Notes: generated by a model from the letters alone, not told the origin. Counted from the first letter of the stretch, positions 8,740 to 19,357 are shown. The stretch: 64,000 nucleotides of DNA from Armatimonadota bacterium (GCA_039811685.1 JBDHZC010000003.1:128001-192000), one strand, 5' to 3'. Program-made: numbers and translations.

Positions 8740-9681
8740 TTGAGCAGGGTTCATCACAACATCGCCTCCGGTTTTTCTGCGCTCAGCGGCAACCTTTACG
8801 TTCTGACGGGCGCGCTCCTGTGGAGCACCGGCGGTGCGGGAATCAAGCTAATCTCCGGGCTTTCGCCGCTGGCCATAGCGGGCGGACGCTCGTTAGTCTG
8901 CGCCGTGTTTTTCGCTGCTCTCCTGCGCGGACGTGTTATGCCCAAGGGGCGGTTCTCGCTGATTGCGGCCGGAGCGCTCGCCTACGCTGGAGTCGTAATC
9001 GGTTTTGTTGTCTCCACCCGTTTCACTACTGCCGCCAACACCATCATCCTGCAGTACACATCGCTGATCTGGGTCATCGTTCTCGGGTGGCTGTTTCTGA
9101 AGGAGCGCGCTCAGACTCACGAGATCATCGCAGTCGCAATCGGATTGGCAGGCGTTGTTCTTTGCGCTGGCGGAGGCTTCTCGCTGTGGCGCAGCACAGG
9201 TGTGTTGTCTCTTGCGTCACTGGGCGATGGCCTGGCGCTTTTCTCCGGGTTGTGCTTCGCGCTGACAACTCTTGCCCTGCGGCGCTTGCGCAGCGCCGCC
9301 TCCGCTTCTGAGGAGCAGCCCGGTGATTACGCAGCGCTTGTCACTCTGTTCTTCGGCAACACTCTGGCCGCAGTCGTTGGATTGCCGTCTCTATTGCGTG
9401 ACCTGCAAACGCCTGTAGCCGGCCAGAGCGTGGGCCTGTGGATTGTCGCCTGGCTTGGAATCGCGCAACTGGGTGGCGGTTACTGGTTTTTTCAACGGGG
9501 GCTGAAGACCACTCGCGCCCTGAGCGCCAACCTGATATCTCTGGTGGAGCCGCTGCTCAATCCTCTGTGGGTCGCGCTGTTTGTGGGGGAGACTCCCAGC
9601 CGGGAAACGACGGCCGGCGGGCTACTCATCCTCGGCGCGATCGTGCTGACATTTGGCCTGCGCCCGCGTCAGCTCAAATAG
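8740..9681 (+). CDS. EamA/DMT family transporter
   Basis: About 10 hydrophobic segments; TTAANTIILQYT...LKER and SLVEPLLNPLWV...GE.P motifs. Confidence 0.9.
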   Translation: MSRVHHNIASGFSALSGNLYVLTGALLWSTGGAGIKLISGLSPLAIAGGRSLVCAVFFAALLRGRVMPKGRFSLIAAGALAYAGVVIGFVVSTRFTTAANTIILQYTSLIWVIVLGWLFLKERAQTHEIIAVAIGLAGVVLCAGGGFSLWRSTGVLSLASLGDGLALFSGLCFALTTLALRRLRSAASASEEQPGDYAALVTLFFGNTLAAVVGLPSLLRDLQTPVAGQSVGLWIVAWLGIAQLGGGYWFFQRGLKTTRALSANLISLVEPLLNPLWVALFVGETPSRETTAGGLLILGAIVLTFGLRPRQLK

Positions 9682-9732
9682 CCCGCACAGCGACTGCGCT
9701 GCCCGCGACCTCCCAGCCTTTCCTCGCCAGCC

Positions 9733-10386
9733 TCAGGCGAACACTGCCGCCAGCTTTTCTTCCTGCGCTTCCTCCACAATCGCCACAAGTGTATCGTCCA
9801 CTGCCAGCACCGTATCGGCCTGCGGAATTCGCGCTTCGCCGTTTCGCAGCATTGTAATAATCAACGACCGGTCCGGCAGGTCCAGGGCGTCAATTCGCTT
9901 CCCGGCCACTTTTGACTTCGGCCCGACATGCACCTCAACAATCTCGATATCGCCCTTCTGCAGTGCGGCAAGCGGGACAACCTCATCGGTCTCGATGCTC
10001 TGCTCCAGCAGATTGTAAATCAGGCGCGTACTGTTGACAGTTTCTGCCACGCCGAGCTTTTGAAAAATCGGCTGATTTGCGGGGTCGTTGACGCGCGCCA
10101 GCACGCGAGGGACATTGAAGTGCCACTTCGCCACCTGACACACGACAAGGTTGTCTTCGTCGTCACCGGTTACCGCAACTACGACGTCAGCCCGCCGAAA
10201 CCCGGCCGCTTCCATGTACTGGATCTCCGCGCCGTCGCCGTGAAAGGCTACCTCTCCAAGCTCAGACTGCAAAAACGCCAGTCTGTTGCGGTCCTTCTCC
10301 ATCAGCAGTAGTTCGTAGTCCTGATTCATTAACTCCTTGGACAGGTAGTAGCCGACTTTCCCCCCGCCTACAATAATCACATACAT
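9733..10386 (-). CDS. trkA: TrkA/KtrA family potassium-uptake regulatory protein (RCK-N + RCK-C)
   Basis: Motifs IIVGGGKVG and AVTGDDEDNL; C-terminal RCK-C domain. Confidence 0.9.
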   Translation of the reverse strand: MYVIIVGGGKVGYYLSKELMNQDYELLLMEKDRNRLAFLQSELGEVAFHGDGAEIQYMEAAGFRRADVVVAVTGDDEDNLVVCQVAKWHFNVPRVLARVNDPANQPIFQKLGVAETVNSTRLIYNLLEQSIETDEVVPLAALQKGDIEIVEVHVGPKSKVAGKRIDALDLPDRSLIITMLRNGEARIPQADTVLAVDDTLVAIVEEAQEEKLAAVFA

Positions 10387-10388
10387 GG

Positions 10389-10847
10389 TCAGGCGCCCTC
10401 TCCTTCAGGCAACAGCGGTTCGATGTAATCCGTTATTTTTCCCCATTCCTGCTCCAGCACGTAATCCCGCAGCAGTCCCGCGGCCAGCAGCGGAGTACAC
10501 AGCGTCTGGATTCCCATCTCCCGATACGCCTGCGCGCGACTGGGATCATACATCCGCGCGACACACCTGGCGACTCCAAACTCATTTTTCGCAATCTGCG
10601 TGGACATGATATTGGTGTTGTCGCCGTTGGTCACCGCAATGAAGACGTCTGCATTCTCAATGCCAGCGCGGCGCAATACGTCCAGATCAATGCCAGAGCC
10701 GACCACTTCCGTCACCTCTGGCAGGTTTCCCAGCCGTCGAAACGCGTCCGCGTTGAAGTCGATGATGGTGACGTCGTGTCCGGCTTCGCTCAACATTCGC
10801 GCCGTAATCGAACCCGCGCGTCCACATCCCAGTATGATGATTTTCAT
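10389..10847 (-). CDS. TrkA-N (RCK-N only) protein
   Basis: Motifs IILGCGRAG and AVTNGDNTNI. Confidence 0.9.
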   Translation of the reverse strand: MKIIILGCGRAGSITARMLSEAGHDVTIIDFNADAFRRLGNLPEVTEVVGSGIDLDVLRRAGIENADVFIAVTNGDNTNIMSTQIAKNEFGVARCVARMYDPSRAQAYREMGIQTLCTPLLAAGLLRDYVLEQEWGKITDYIEPLLPEGEGA

Positions 10848-10898
10848 CTAAAATCTCCCTGTGGTGAGCCACCTGTCTCTGTCAATGGCTTGCTGGCG

Positions 10899-11345
10899 CT
10901 ACATTCGCGCAATCCACACCTCGCACGCGGCGCGGTCAAGCACTGTCTGAACAACTCGTCTGTTCTGCTCCGCGCTGATTTCCTCTTGCTCCAGCCCCGC
11001 TTCCATTATGATCAGATCAGCTTTTATATCCGACGCCGCCTGCGCTATCGCAGCCCCTGCGTCTCGCACTGCAAACACGTCTGTGTGTATCTTCAGACCC
11101 AGCGTCCGTGCCAGATTTTCGGCTTTGTCCATCAGGTCATTAGCTTCACTTAGCCCCGGCGCGGTTTCGTCCTCCATTGCAACAGACATTGGGACAGCTA
11201 CGAAACGAGCGGCTGTTACGCGAGCGTTTTGAGAACGGGCCATGCGGCAGACCATTTCCAGCAGGGTGTCGTCTCTAGGAGTACCGCGGTAGGGCATTAG
11301 AATGTGCCTGGGCACGCGTAGGGCCTCCTCTCTGGTCTTCCACAC
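10899..11345 (-). CDS. Universal stress protein (USP) domain protein
   Basis: USP pattern HILMPY...ADLIIM...VLDRAACEVWI. Confidence 0.8.
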   Translation of the reverse strand: MWKTREEALRVPRHILMPYRGTPRDDTLLEMVCRMARSQNARVTAARFVAVPMSVAMEDETAPGLSEANDLMDKAENLARTLGLKIHTDVFAVRDAGAAIAQAASDIKADLIIMEAGLEQEEISAEQNRRVVQTVLDRAACEVWIARM

Positions 11346-11346
11346 T

Positions 11347-12180
11347 TCATACGCGCACTCGCCTCTGGCTCTTCATCTTTATCTTCATTGGCGGCCCGGC
11401 GGCTATTTGTTCCGGCGTCAAGGCCGTTCGCGCCAGCAGCAGAGGGCAGTTTCCGCGTTCAAAAAGTTTTGCAATAAGCACGTGGAGTTCATCCGATCGC
11501 CGTTCGTTCTGAGTGACGCTCAACACCAGAAATGTCGCGTGGTGTTCGTCGATCTGCCGCAACAGGCCTTCTGAAAGATCTCTCACGAGCTCGATGTGCG
11601 TTTGATACGCCACTCCCGCTTTCTCAGCAGCAGCCGCGGCGCCCTGCAACAGGTCGCGGCCTCTTTGCTCCAGTTCGGGAAGCGGAGTGCCAAGCGGCAC
11701 ATCCCGTGGCACTTCGATGCAGTAGTGCAGGATGAGAGGCACCGAATACGCGCGCGCCAGACCTGCCGCGACTTCGATGTCGTCTGTGTAGTCCAGGCCG
11801 TACATCACAGGCACCAGAATGCCTCGGTCGGCCTGGGAAGATGCCAGGGCGCTTGCCTGAAGTGATGCCCGCGCAAGCTCCACCGAGTCCGCGACCGGCA
11901 CTCGAGATCGCAGACCAGGAACAGACTTGATCTCTTCGCGGACATCATCCGGAATATTCGCCATAATCATCCGCGCGCCAGACTGCCGGATATCCCTGGC
12001 AGCGTCAACAAAAGTGTGAGCGCCCTCCTCGGAGATGTCGGCCAGGTCCACGCAGTCGATGATGATGCCTTCAGGGTGTTCGCGAAGTAGAAGATTCGCG
12101 GCGGCTTTGATGGTGAGCCAGTAGTTCCTGTGAAGGTTCCCCGAGAGTGAGACCAGGTCGTCTTTGGCGTAAACGATCAT
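11347..12180 (-). CDS. STAS-domain/USP fusion protein
   Basis: N-terminal STAS-like LSGNL...IIIDCVDLADISEEG; C-terminal USP-like GILVPV...EVPRDVPL...CPLLL. Confidence 0.7.
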   Translation of the reverse strand: MIVYAKDDLVSLSGNLHRNYWLTIKAAANLLLREHPEGIIIDCVDLADISEEGAHTFVDAARDIRQSGARMIMANIPDDVREEIKSVPGLRSRVPVADSVELARASLQASALASSQADRGILVPVMYGLDYTDDIEVAAGLARAYSVPLILHYCIEVPRDVPLGTPLPELEQRGRDLLQGAAAAAEKAGVAYQTHIELVRDLSEGLLRQIDEHHATFLVLSVTQNERRSDELHVLIAKLFERGNCPLLLARTALTPEQIAAGPPMKIKMKSQRRVRV

Positions 12181-12192
12181 CAGCGCGTACCG

Positions 12193-14250
12193 CTACGTCC
12201 GAGTGTCAATCGCGTGCTCCTTCTGCTGAGCGCTCATACGCGCGAGGGTCTCCGCATCCACCTCGCGATCCAGAAAATACCGCACATTGGTGACGATAAC
12301 ACCGGGTCTGTTAAGCAGATACAGCCGCAGCAACAGCCCGTTTTTGTTGTGCAGAAGAGAGTGGTACCACTTGCTGGACACGTACTCAGGCACGATGACA
12401 GTAACTGTGTGGTTCTCTCTCTCCTTCTGAACCTCATCCAGATAGACGAGCATCGGCGCAATGAGAGACCGGTAGAGGCTAGGCAGGATCACGAGTGGGA
12501 CTTCGTCTCCTACGTACTGCTCCCACTCCTTGCGCAGACGGGCGGTATCCGCGGGATCAATCTCGATATGCAGAGCGCGGCAGTCGTTGAATAGCGAGCG
12601 CGCGTAGTCCAGCGCCGGGAAAATACCCCGGTGCAGTGAGGGTACAGGAATCAGGGCAGTGTGGCGGGTCGGCAGGTCTCGCTCCGGCTTCCAGTTGACA
12701 ATAGAAAGCTTGCGCCGCATGTATTCATAGTGCGCCCAGATCAGCTTGAACATCGTGAACAGAACCGCGCCCGCGATGATCGCCCAGTAAGCGCCGTGAA
12801 CGAACTTCTCTGCGACGATGACACACAGCACCATAAAGGTACAGATTGCGCCGAAACCGTTGATGCTCGCGCGCAAGTGCCAGCCAAAGCTTTTCAACTT
12901 GATCCAGTGCCGCGCCATCCCGCTCTGCGAGAGAGTAAACGCCGTGAAAACGCCCAGGGCGTAGAGGGGAATCAGAGCGTCAACGCTCCCGTGAAACGCC
13001 ACAATCAGCACGATGGCCAGGATGCCGAGTAACCCAATACCATTTGAGAAAACCAGCTTGTCGCCCAGGTTGGCGAGCTGGCGCGGGAGGAATCTGTCGC
13101 GGGACATAAAGTACGCAAGCCTGGGGAAGTCAGCGAAAGCGGTATTTGCCGCCACAAGCAGAATGCCTGCCGTGGATGCCTGCATCGTCCAGTAGAGTAC
13201 TGCGCGAAGCCCTCCTGCGTGGCTGCCAAAGATTGCTCCCGAAAGCTGTTCGACTACAGCATTGGCGTGCTGGTGTTCTGTGGACCAGTAGACCACATGC
13301 AGGCGTGTCGACAGCAGGCTGAAGCCGCCGATGAGAAAGGTCATTATGCTGGCCATCATCACCAACGTGAGGGCGGCGTTTCTGGGCTGCGGTTTGCGGA
13401 ACGCAGGCACTCCGTCCGCTACGGCTTCGGTCCCCGTCATAGCTGCGCACCCGGAGGCGAAAGCCTTGAGCGCCACCGCGATGAGCACCACCGGCGCCAG
13501 GGAGGCGGCCGTACCAGCGTGGCCTCCTTTGAAGGTCTGGTTTACAGTGTCCTCATAGATCGTCCAACCCAGGTGCGGCCCCACGGTTCCAAGAATTATC
13601 ATCAGCCCGGCGCAGGATATGAACAGGTACGTTGGGACAGCGAACATGGTGCCGCTTTCCTTGAGGCCACGAAGATTTGCGAGTGTAAGTATGCCAATGA
13701 AGCATACACACAACAGCACCGGGTCGAGGTTGTAGGCGCGCCCCAGAGGAGTGCTGGTGAGGTTTTGCACGCCGGAGGCGACCGACACCGCAACTGTCAA
13801 CACATAGTCAATAAGAAGTGCGGCGCCAGCTATCAGGGATGGGTTGGTGCCCAGATTTTCTCTGCTTACAATATAGGATCCGCCGCCGTGCACATACGCA
13901 AATATCGTTTGCCAGTAGCTGGTTACCACGATCCACAGCAGCGCCACGATGGCCACGGTGATTCCAATCGTCATTTTGCTGTAGAGCGCCGCCAGTCCCG
14001 GAGCGGCCAGTCCCGCTGCGCCAAGCGCCAGAAGAATTTCCTGGATGGCATACGCGGAGGAGGATATCGCGTCAGAAGAAAAAACGGGTAGCGCGACGAC
14101 CTTCGGCAAGAGAGCGTGCTGCTGGTGTTCGGTCTCAATCGGCTGACCGAAGAGCAGACGCCGAAATCCCGAAATTTCGTGGTGCAGACCGCCGCCGCGG
14201 GTGCGGCGGCCGCCTCCCGACGGTGGTTGTGGCGAAGTGTCTTGACTCAT
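12193..14250 (-). CDS. kimA: APC-superfamily KimA/YdaO-like potassium transporter
   Basis: Motifs VFSSDAISSSAYA, GGGSYIV, DYVLTVAVS, TGTEAVADG, LIPLYALGVF and S.YRSLIAP; cytoplasmic C-terminal domain. Confidence 0.88.
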   Translation of the reverse strand: MSQDTSPQPPSGGGRRTRGGGLHHEISGFRRLLFGQPIETEHQQHALLPKVVALPVFSSDAISSSAYAIQEILLALGAAGLAAPGLAALYSKMTIGITVAIVALLWIVVTSYWQTIFAYVHGGGSYIVSRENLGTNPSLIAGAALLIDYVLTVAVSVASGVQNLTSTPLGRAYNLDPVLLCVCFIGILTLANLRGLKESGTMFAVPTYLFISCAGLMIILGTVGPHLGWTIYEDTVNQTFKGGHAGTAASLAPVVLIAVALKAFASGCAAMTGTEAVADGVPAFRKPQPRNAALTLVMMASIMTFLIGGFSLLSTRLHVVYWSTEHQHANAVVEQLSGAIFGSHAGGLRAVLYWTMQASTAGILLVAANTAFADFPRLAYFMSRDRFLPRQLANLGDKLVFSNGIGLLGILAIVLIVAFHGSVDALIPLYALGVFTAFTLSQSGMARHWIKLKSFGWHLRASINGFGAICTFMVLCVIVAEKFVHGAYWAIIAGAVLFTMFKLIWAHYEYMRRKLSIVNWKPERDLPTRHTALIPVPSLHRGIFPALDYARSLFNDCRALHIEIDPADTARLRKEWEQYVGDEVPLVILPSLYRSLIAPMLVYLDEVQKERENHTVTVIVPEYVSSKWYHSLLHNKNGLLLRLYLLNRPGVIVTNVRYFLDREVDAETLARMSAQQKEHAIDTRT

Positions 14251-14272
14251 ATCTGAATCGAGCGCAACCGGC

Positions 14273-14302
14273 AGTTTAGCCCCAAGCGCAGTGATGCGTC
14301 AA
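14273..14302 (-). promoter_or_regulatory. Sigma70-type promoter of the kimA operon
   Basis: Minus strand reads TTGACG-18 nt-TAAACT, ending 22 nt before the ATG. Confidence 0.5.
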
Positions 14303-14438
14303 GGCTAGGTGACAACGGCTCGCCAGGCGCGGATCCCAAACCGGCCGCACGGAGCTTGCAGCGTAGACGCAGGGACATTTGGCACGCACGTGGAACACGG
14401 TGGCAATCTGCCTGTGTCGGCAGATCAGTGAGGTGCCA

Positions 14439-17378
14439 ATGTTGAATCTGCGCTGTCTCTTCTTCGTTTTTTCGCTTATTGCGCCGTTTTGTGTGCCGAT
14501 TTCGGCTGCCGGTCTCATCAATCCGTCCATCCCTAATGCCGGCTTTGAAAACGGCAGTGAGGGCTGGACCTGGGTTCTGAGCAGCGGCTGTCAGGCGGGC
14601 TTCCGGTTCGACACCGGGAATCCGCACTCCGGCAAGCAGTGCGTCGTCTTTTCCAGCAACACTCCGCTGATTCCGAATGTTTACGGCCGCCTGTCGGTGA
14701 ATGCGGAAGTGCTGCCCTCAACGAAGTACGAACTGAGCTGCTGGGTGCGAGCTAAAGACGCATCGGACACGGGTGGCGTTTCTCATCTCACGGACTGGTC
14801 CAGGTACACGCTTTCACTCCCCGGTGGAACCTACGGCTGGCGCAGGGTCTCGACCGAGTTCACAACCAATGCCGGCCAGACAACGCTCAACATCGGCATC
14901 AACATTGTCAACACGTGTAAGGAGCTGGCTATAGACGATATCGCGCTGCGGCCTGTTGGCGGACAGCTTCAAGGCGCGGGAATAAGCGGCGTCATCCTGA
15001 ATCTGGACAAAGTCATCGGTCACAACAGTCCGGTTCCGATATCGGTTCTGCTGGATTGCTCCAATCGCAAGGCAGCCACGCTTGAAGGCTCCATCCTGAG
15101 CAATGACCGCGTGATCAAGACCATGCGCAGCCCTCTGAGACGGGGCGAGACGAAGGTGACGTGGGAGTGGAACACTGGCAACCGGCCCTTTGGAGACTAC
15201 ACTCTGCGAGTGCGGGTGCTGGACGCTCTCGGCAGTGAACTCACCAGCGCCACAACAAAGTTTTCCTCCAGCGATTCGCCGCTCTTCGCACAGATCCAGC
15301 AGGTGGAAGAGCGCAAGAAGGGCTTTGATGCGCTCTTTCGAGAATGCCAGCGCAGAGGTGTCCGGCTGGACTATCCCGCCGCCGCGAAGGAAACGCTGGA
15401 GCAGTTCATTCCCTATGCAAAGGCCGATGTGCGTGCCGGGATGGACTACCGCGTGAAATGGGCGCTGTCTGACTTTGACGCCATCATAGACACCGCCCAG
15501 GCCGAAATGCAGGCCTATCTGAGCGATCCGGAGCTTGCTCCCGTCGCCCGTCGCTACAGGACCGGAGCGGTCGATGTCCAGGGTCTCAGCTTCATCGGCG
15601 ATCGCGTCACCTCCACTGGTGAAAATGACCGCGGGCCGGTCTTTCTGGTCGGTTACGGACATTTCACTCAGCTTCGCACGGACATGAAGCGATTTCCGCG
15701 CTATGGCACGAACATTATCCAGTTCTCAGAGTTTGGGCCAAGCGCCGTCTTCCCGGAGGAGAACAAGGTCTCCTACGACTATATCAAGATACTTCAGCGT
15801 ACGCTGGACGAAGCGGCCAAAAACAATGTACGCGTGGACTTTCTCATTTCGCCTCACTACTTTCCCGCATGGGCAATGCAGAAGTATCCACAGCTTGGCA
15901 AAGGTGGCGGTGGGTTTCTCGGTTTCTGCGTGGACGATCCCGTAGCCAAAGATATTATCGAGCGCTATCTGCGCGTCGTCATTCCTATGATCAAGGACAA
16001 GCCCGCGCTTGGCTCGTTCTGCCTGACCAACGAGCCTGTCTTCGACAACACCGTCAACTGCGAGAATACAAAGCAGATCTGGGTGGACTATCTAAAGCGT
16101 GTGCACAAGGACATAGCTACCCTGAATGCCCGCTATGGGACCAGTTACCCCAGCTTTGACGAGGTTCCCTACAGCGGAGACCCGCAGGCGTACGACTGGC
16201 TGATGTGCGCCATGGAGCGCTTTGCCGGGTGGCACAAATGGATGGGGGACATCATCCACGAAATGGCGCCCAATATTCCAGTACACGCAAAAGTCATGTC
16301 TTTTGCGTTCAATCCGAACTATAACGGTTTCGCCACCGATCAGGAGCTTTTCGGCCAACTGCTCGACCTGAACGGCAACGACTGTTACGAGTTTCCCGGA
16401 AGCCCGGACTGGCCGATGGACGCATGGATGATGAATACCTCCTACGACCTCCAGCGCTCCTTTGCCCGCAAGCCTATCTTCAACTCCGAGAACCACATCG
16501 CCCCGGACGGCTCCAACTACTACATCTCACCCGGCAACTTCCGGACCGCCCTGTGGCAGGGGGCCATACACGGCCAGAGCGCCACTACCATCTGGGTCTG
16601 GGAGCGCGCCTTTGACAACCTGTACGGCTTCATCGGCAGCGTGATGGACCGCCCCGCATGCGCCGAAGCCGTCGGAGTGACCTGCCTGGACCTGAACCGC
16701 TTTGCGGGTCGCGTGACTGCGCTCCAGAACGCCACAGCGCCTGCAGCCATCCTCTACTCGCGCTCCAGCATGGTCCGGCACGGCCAGGCGCACTCCGCGG
16801 CGATGACGCGCGTCTATCAGGCTTTGAACTTTATGGGCAACAAGGTGGATTTCATCTCTGAAAAGCAGCTTGCCGCCGGTAAAGCCTCAGACTATAAACT
16901 TATCATCATCCCGGAAGTCGAGACTTTGACCGACGCCGCGTTCGCCGCGCTACAGAAAACAGACCCGTCTTCACTGCTGTTGCTGGGTGAGTGTTTCACG
17001 CGCAACGAATACGGTCAGAAGCGTGATCCCGCAGCGGTATCCGCCCTGGTTTCTGGCGCTGCAAAGCTGAAAGACGGCGACCCGGAGAAGGACCTCTGGC
17101 CGCAGCTTCGCCAGAAGCTGACTGAGAAAAACGCCGTGCCGGGCTGTGCGGTCGTTGACGCGGAAAGCGGGCAACCGATCTGGGGCGTTGAGTGGCTGGC
17201 GACGCGCTATCAGGGCAAAGAGCTTCTCAACATTGTCAATCTGCACGGACAGCCGCATCGTATCAAAATTGTGCGCAATGGACAGCCCGTAGAAGCCAAA
17301 AACCTGCTGAGCCTGGGCGGAAAAGAGCCCGTGGGAGACCTGAAGCCGCTGACCCCCGTGCTGACTGAGCTTCCCTGA
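14439..17378 (+). CDS. Secreted beta-galactosidase-like glycoside hydrolase (GH42-like) with an N-terminal CBM4/9-like domain
   Basis: Signal peptide; NAGFENG CBM start; HYFPAWA, TNEP and FNSENH clan-A motifs; trimerisation-like C-terminus. Start set at the ATG after GAGG. Confidence 0.75.
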   Translation: MLNLRCLFFVFSLIAPFCVPISAAGLINPSIPNAGFENGSEGWTWVLSSGCQAGFRFDTGNPHSGKQCVVFSSNTPLIPNVYGRLSVNAEVLPSTKYELSCWVRAKDASDTGGVSHLTDWSRYTLSLPGGTYGWRRVSTEFTTNAGQTTLNIGINIVNTCKELAIDDIALRPVGGQLQGAGISGVILNLDKVIGHNSPVPISVLLDCSNRKAATLEGSILSNDRVIKTMRSPLRRGETKVTWEWNTGNRPFGDYTLRVRVLDALGSELTSATTKFSSSDSPLFAQIQQVEERKKGFDALFRECQRRGVRLDYPAAAKETLEQFIPYAKADVRAGMDYRVKWALSDFDAIIDTAQAEMQAYLSDPELAPVARRYRTGAVDVQGLSFIGDRVTSTGENDRGPVFLVGYGHFTQLRTDMKRFPRYGTNIIQFSEFGPSAVFPEENKVSYDYIKILQRTLDEAAKNNVRVDFLISPHYFPAWAMQKYPQLGKGGGGFLGFCVDDPVAKDIIERYLRVVIPMIKDKPALGSFCLTNEPVFDNTVNCENTKQIWVDYLKRVHKDIATLNARYGTSYPSFDEVPYSGDPQAYDWLMCAMERFAGWHKWMGDIIHEMAPNIPVHAKVMSFAFNPNYNGFATDQELFGQLLDLNGNDCYEFPGSPDWPMDAWMMNTSYDLQRSFARKPIFNSENHIAPDGSNYYISPGNFRTALWQGAIHGQSATTIWVWERAFDNLYGFIGSVMDRPACAEAVGVTCLDLNRFAGRVTALQNATAPAAILYSRSSMVRHGQAHSAAMTRVYQALNFMGNKVDFISEKQLAAGKASDYKLIIIPEVETLTDAAFAALQKTDPSSLLLLGECFTRNEYGQKRDPAAVSALVSGAAKLKDGDPEKDLWPQLRQKLTEKNAVPGCAVVDAESGQPIWGVEWLATRYQGKELLNIVNLHGQPHRIKIVRNGQPVEAKNLLSLGGKEPVGDLKPLTPVLTELP

Positions 17379-17509
17379 TTCGGGTTTGCCGCTATAGATA
17401 CTTTCGCCGCAGGTTCATCCGTCAGCCTGCGGCGGACTGCGGTCTGGAGCGTCATCGCTGCTTGCCAACCTTGCGGAAAACTCACTATTCGCCGTTTGCC
17501 GTTGCGCCC

Positions 17510-17538
17510 TTGAAGCGCGGCTCTGTCCCTGCTACAAT
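17510..17538 (+). promoter_or_regulatory. Sigma70-type promoter
   Basis: TTGAAG-17 nt-TACAAT upstream of the GlmL-like gene. Confidence 0.6.
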
Positions 17539-17563
17539 GCATCCAGGATAACCCCGACCCACT

Positions 17564-19345
17564 ATGAGTGAACCAACTCGCATACTTGCAACGGACTGCG
17601 GCAGCACCACCACCAAAGCCATCCTCATCGAAAAGCGCACGGGCGGCTGGCAGCTTGTCTGCCGGGGAGAGGCGCCCACCACCGTTGAAGCCCCCTATGA
17701 CGATGTCACCGTGGGCGTCACGAACGCCGTACGCGAAGTGGAAGAGCTGGCCGGGTTGACGCTTCTGGACCCATCGGGAGCCGGACTCATCCATCCCGCC
17801 GAAGGCGATCGCGGTGTGGACCTGTTTCTCTCCACATCCAGCGCCGGAGGCGGACTTCAGATGACAGTGGCTGGCGTGGTCAAGGCGATGAGCGCTGAAA
17901 GCGCGGAGCGCGCGGCGCTTGGAGCGGGCGCCATCATCATGGACGTCATCGCGGTGGACGATGGACGCAAGGACTGGCAGAAGATCGAGCGCATCCGGAG
18001 CCTGCGCCCGGATATGGTGCTGGTGTCGGGCGGCACGGATGGCGGGACCGTTTCTCACCTTGTGGATATCGGTGAGATGCTGGTAGCCGCCGACCCGAAG
18101 CCGCGCCTCGGCGGCGAACTCAAGCTGCCGGTGATCTTTGCGGGCAACTCCCAGGCGCGCGAAGCCGTGAGTAAGCTGCTGGACGGCCGCGTGGACCTGC
18201 GCATCACGGACAACCTGCGGCCGGAGCTGGACCGCGAAAACCTGGGTCCGGCGCGCGAAGCCATTCACGAGCTCTTCCTACAGCACGTCATGCAACAGGC
18301 CCCCGGCTACAGCAAGCTGTCTGACTGGGTGGACTCAGGCATTATGTCCACGCCGAACGCCGTCGGAAAGATGGTGGAGACCGTAGCCCGCGAAGAGGCT
18401 CAACAGGTGCTCGCAGTGGACATCGGCGGGGCCACCACCGACGTTTTCTCAGTCTTTGCAGGAGTTTTCAACCGCACTGTCAGCGCCAATCTCGGGATGA
18501 GCTACTCCATCTGCAATGTGCTGGCGGAAGCTGGAATCCGCAACATCGTCCGCTGGCTTCCCTTTGAGGTGGACGAGTGGGACGTGCGCAATCGCCTGCG
18601 CAACAAAATGATCCGCCCGACCACCATTCCCGAAACCCTCCAGGACCTGCGGGTGGAGCAGGCGCTGGCGCGGGAGGCGCTGCGGCTCGCCTTTGAGCAT
18701 CACAAAATGCTGGCGCGCGGGCTGAAAGGCGTGCAGCAACAGCGCACCGTCGGCGACATCATGAACCAGGCTGGCACAGGCGAGACTCTGGTGGACATGA
18801 TGCGCTGCGATCTCATCATAGGCAGCGGCGGCGTGCTCTCCCATGCGCCAAGGCGCGGCGAGTCCGCGTTGATGATGCTGGATGCTTATCAGCCCCAGGG
18901 GCTGACCTATCTCACCGTTGACTCCATCTTCATGATGCCTCAGCTTGGCGTGCTCTCGACTCTTCAGCCAGAGGCTGCCGCAACCGTTTTCGACAGGGAC
19001 TGCCTGATCAGGCTTGGGCCGGTCATTGCGCCGGTGGGCAACGGAAAGCCGGGCGCGCTTCTTTGCACTGTGCGCTGGGACTCGCATGAGGCGCAACTGC
19101 ATGCGGGAGACATCCAGGTGCATCCGCTGGAGCCGGGCAGAACCGTCGAACTTGAGATCGTTCCCAGCCGGGGCGTGGACGTTGGCGAGGGCAGGGGACG
19201 CTCGCGCGCAGCCACCGTGAACGGTGGCGTCGTTGGACTGATTCTGGACGGGCGCGGACGCCCGCTCGCCTTCCCGCCGGACACCGCCGCATGCGTTCAG
19301 ATGATGCGGCGCTCCTACGAAGCATTCGGGCTTCCCATCATCTAG
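17564..19345 (+). CDS. glmL: GlmL/MutL-family (glutamate mutase L-like) actin-fold ATPase
   Basis: Motifs DCGSTTTK, SSAGGGL, AALGAGA, GGTDGG, TPNAV, DIGGATTDVFS and RTVSANLGM. Confidence 0.85.
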   Translation: MSEPTRILATDCGSTTTKAILIEKRTGGWQLVCRGEAPTTVEAPYDDVTVGVTNAVREVEELAGLTLLDPSGAGLIHPAEGDRGVDLFLSTSSAGGGLQMTVAGVVKAMSAESAERAALGAGAIIMDVIAVDDGRKDWQKIERIRSLRPDMVLVSGGTDGGTVSHLVDIGEMLVAADPKPRLGGELKLPVIFAGNSQAREAVSKLLDGRVDLRITDNLRPELDRENLGPAREAIHELFLQHVMQQAPGYSKLSDWVDSGIMSTPNAVGKMVETVAREEAQQVLAVDIGGATTDVFSVFAGVFNRTVSANLGMSYSICNVLAEAGIRNIVRWLPFEVDEWDVRNRLRNKMIRPTTIPETLQDLRVEQALAREALRLAFEHHKMLARGLKGVQQQRTVGDIMNQAGTGETLVDMMRCDLIIGSGGVLSHAPRRGESALMMLDAYQPQGLTYLTVDSIFMMPQLGVLSTLQPEAAATVFDRDCLIRLGPVIAPVGNGKPGALLCTVRWDSHEAQLHAGDIQVHPLEPGRTVELEIVPSRGVDVGEGRGRSRAATVNGGVVGLILDGRGRPLAFPPDTAACVQMMRRSYEAFGLPII

Positions 19346-19357
19346 CTTTCAGAAACT

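Noticed and set aside
14251..14438. c-di-AMP (ydaO) riboswitch upstream of kimA
   Set aside because: The consensus is not recognisable, and a promoter-like element sits only 22 nt from the start codon.
17210..18268. Long antisense ORFs (also 13219-14091, 14814-15662, 28432-29475, 60562-61563, 56632-57288)
   Set aside because: They are shadow frames opposite well-supported genes in GC-rich DNA, with no recognisable motifs.
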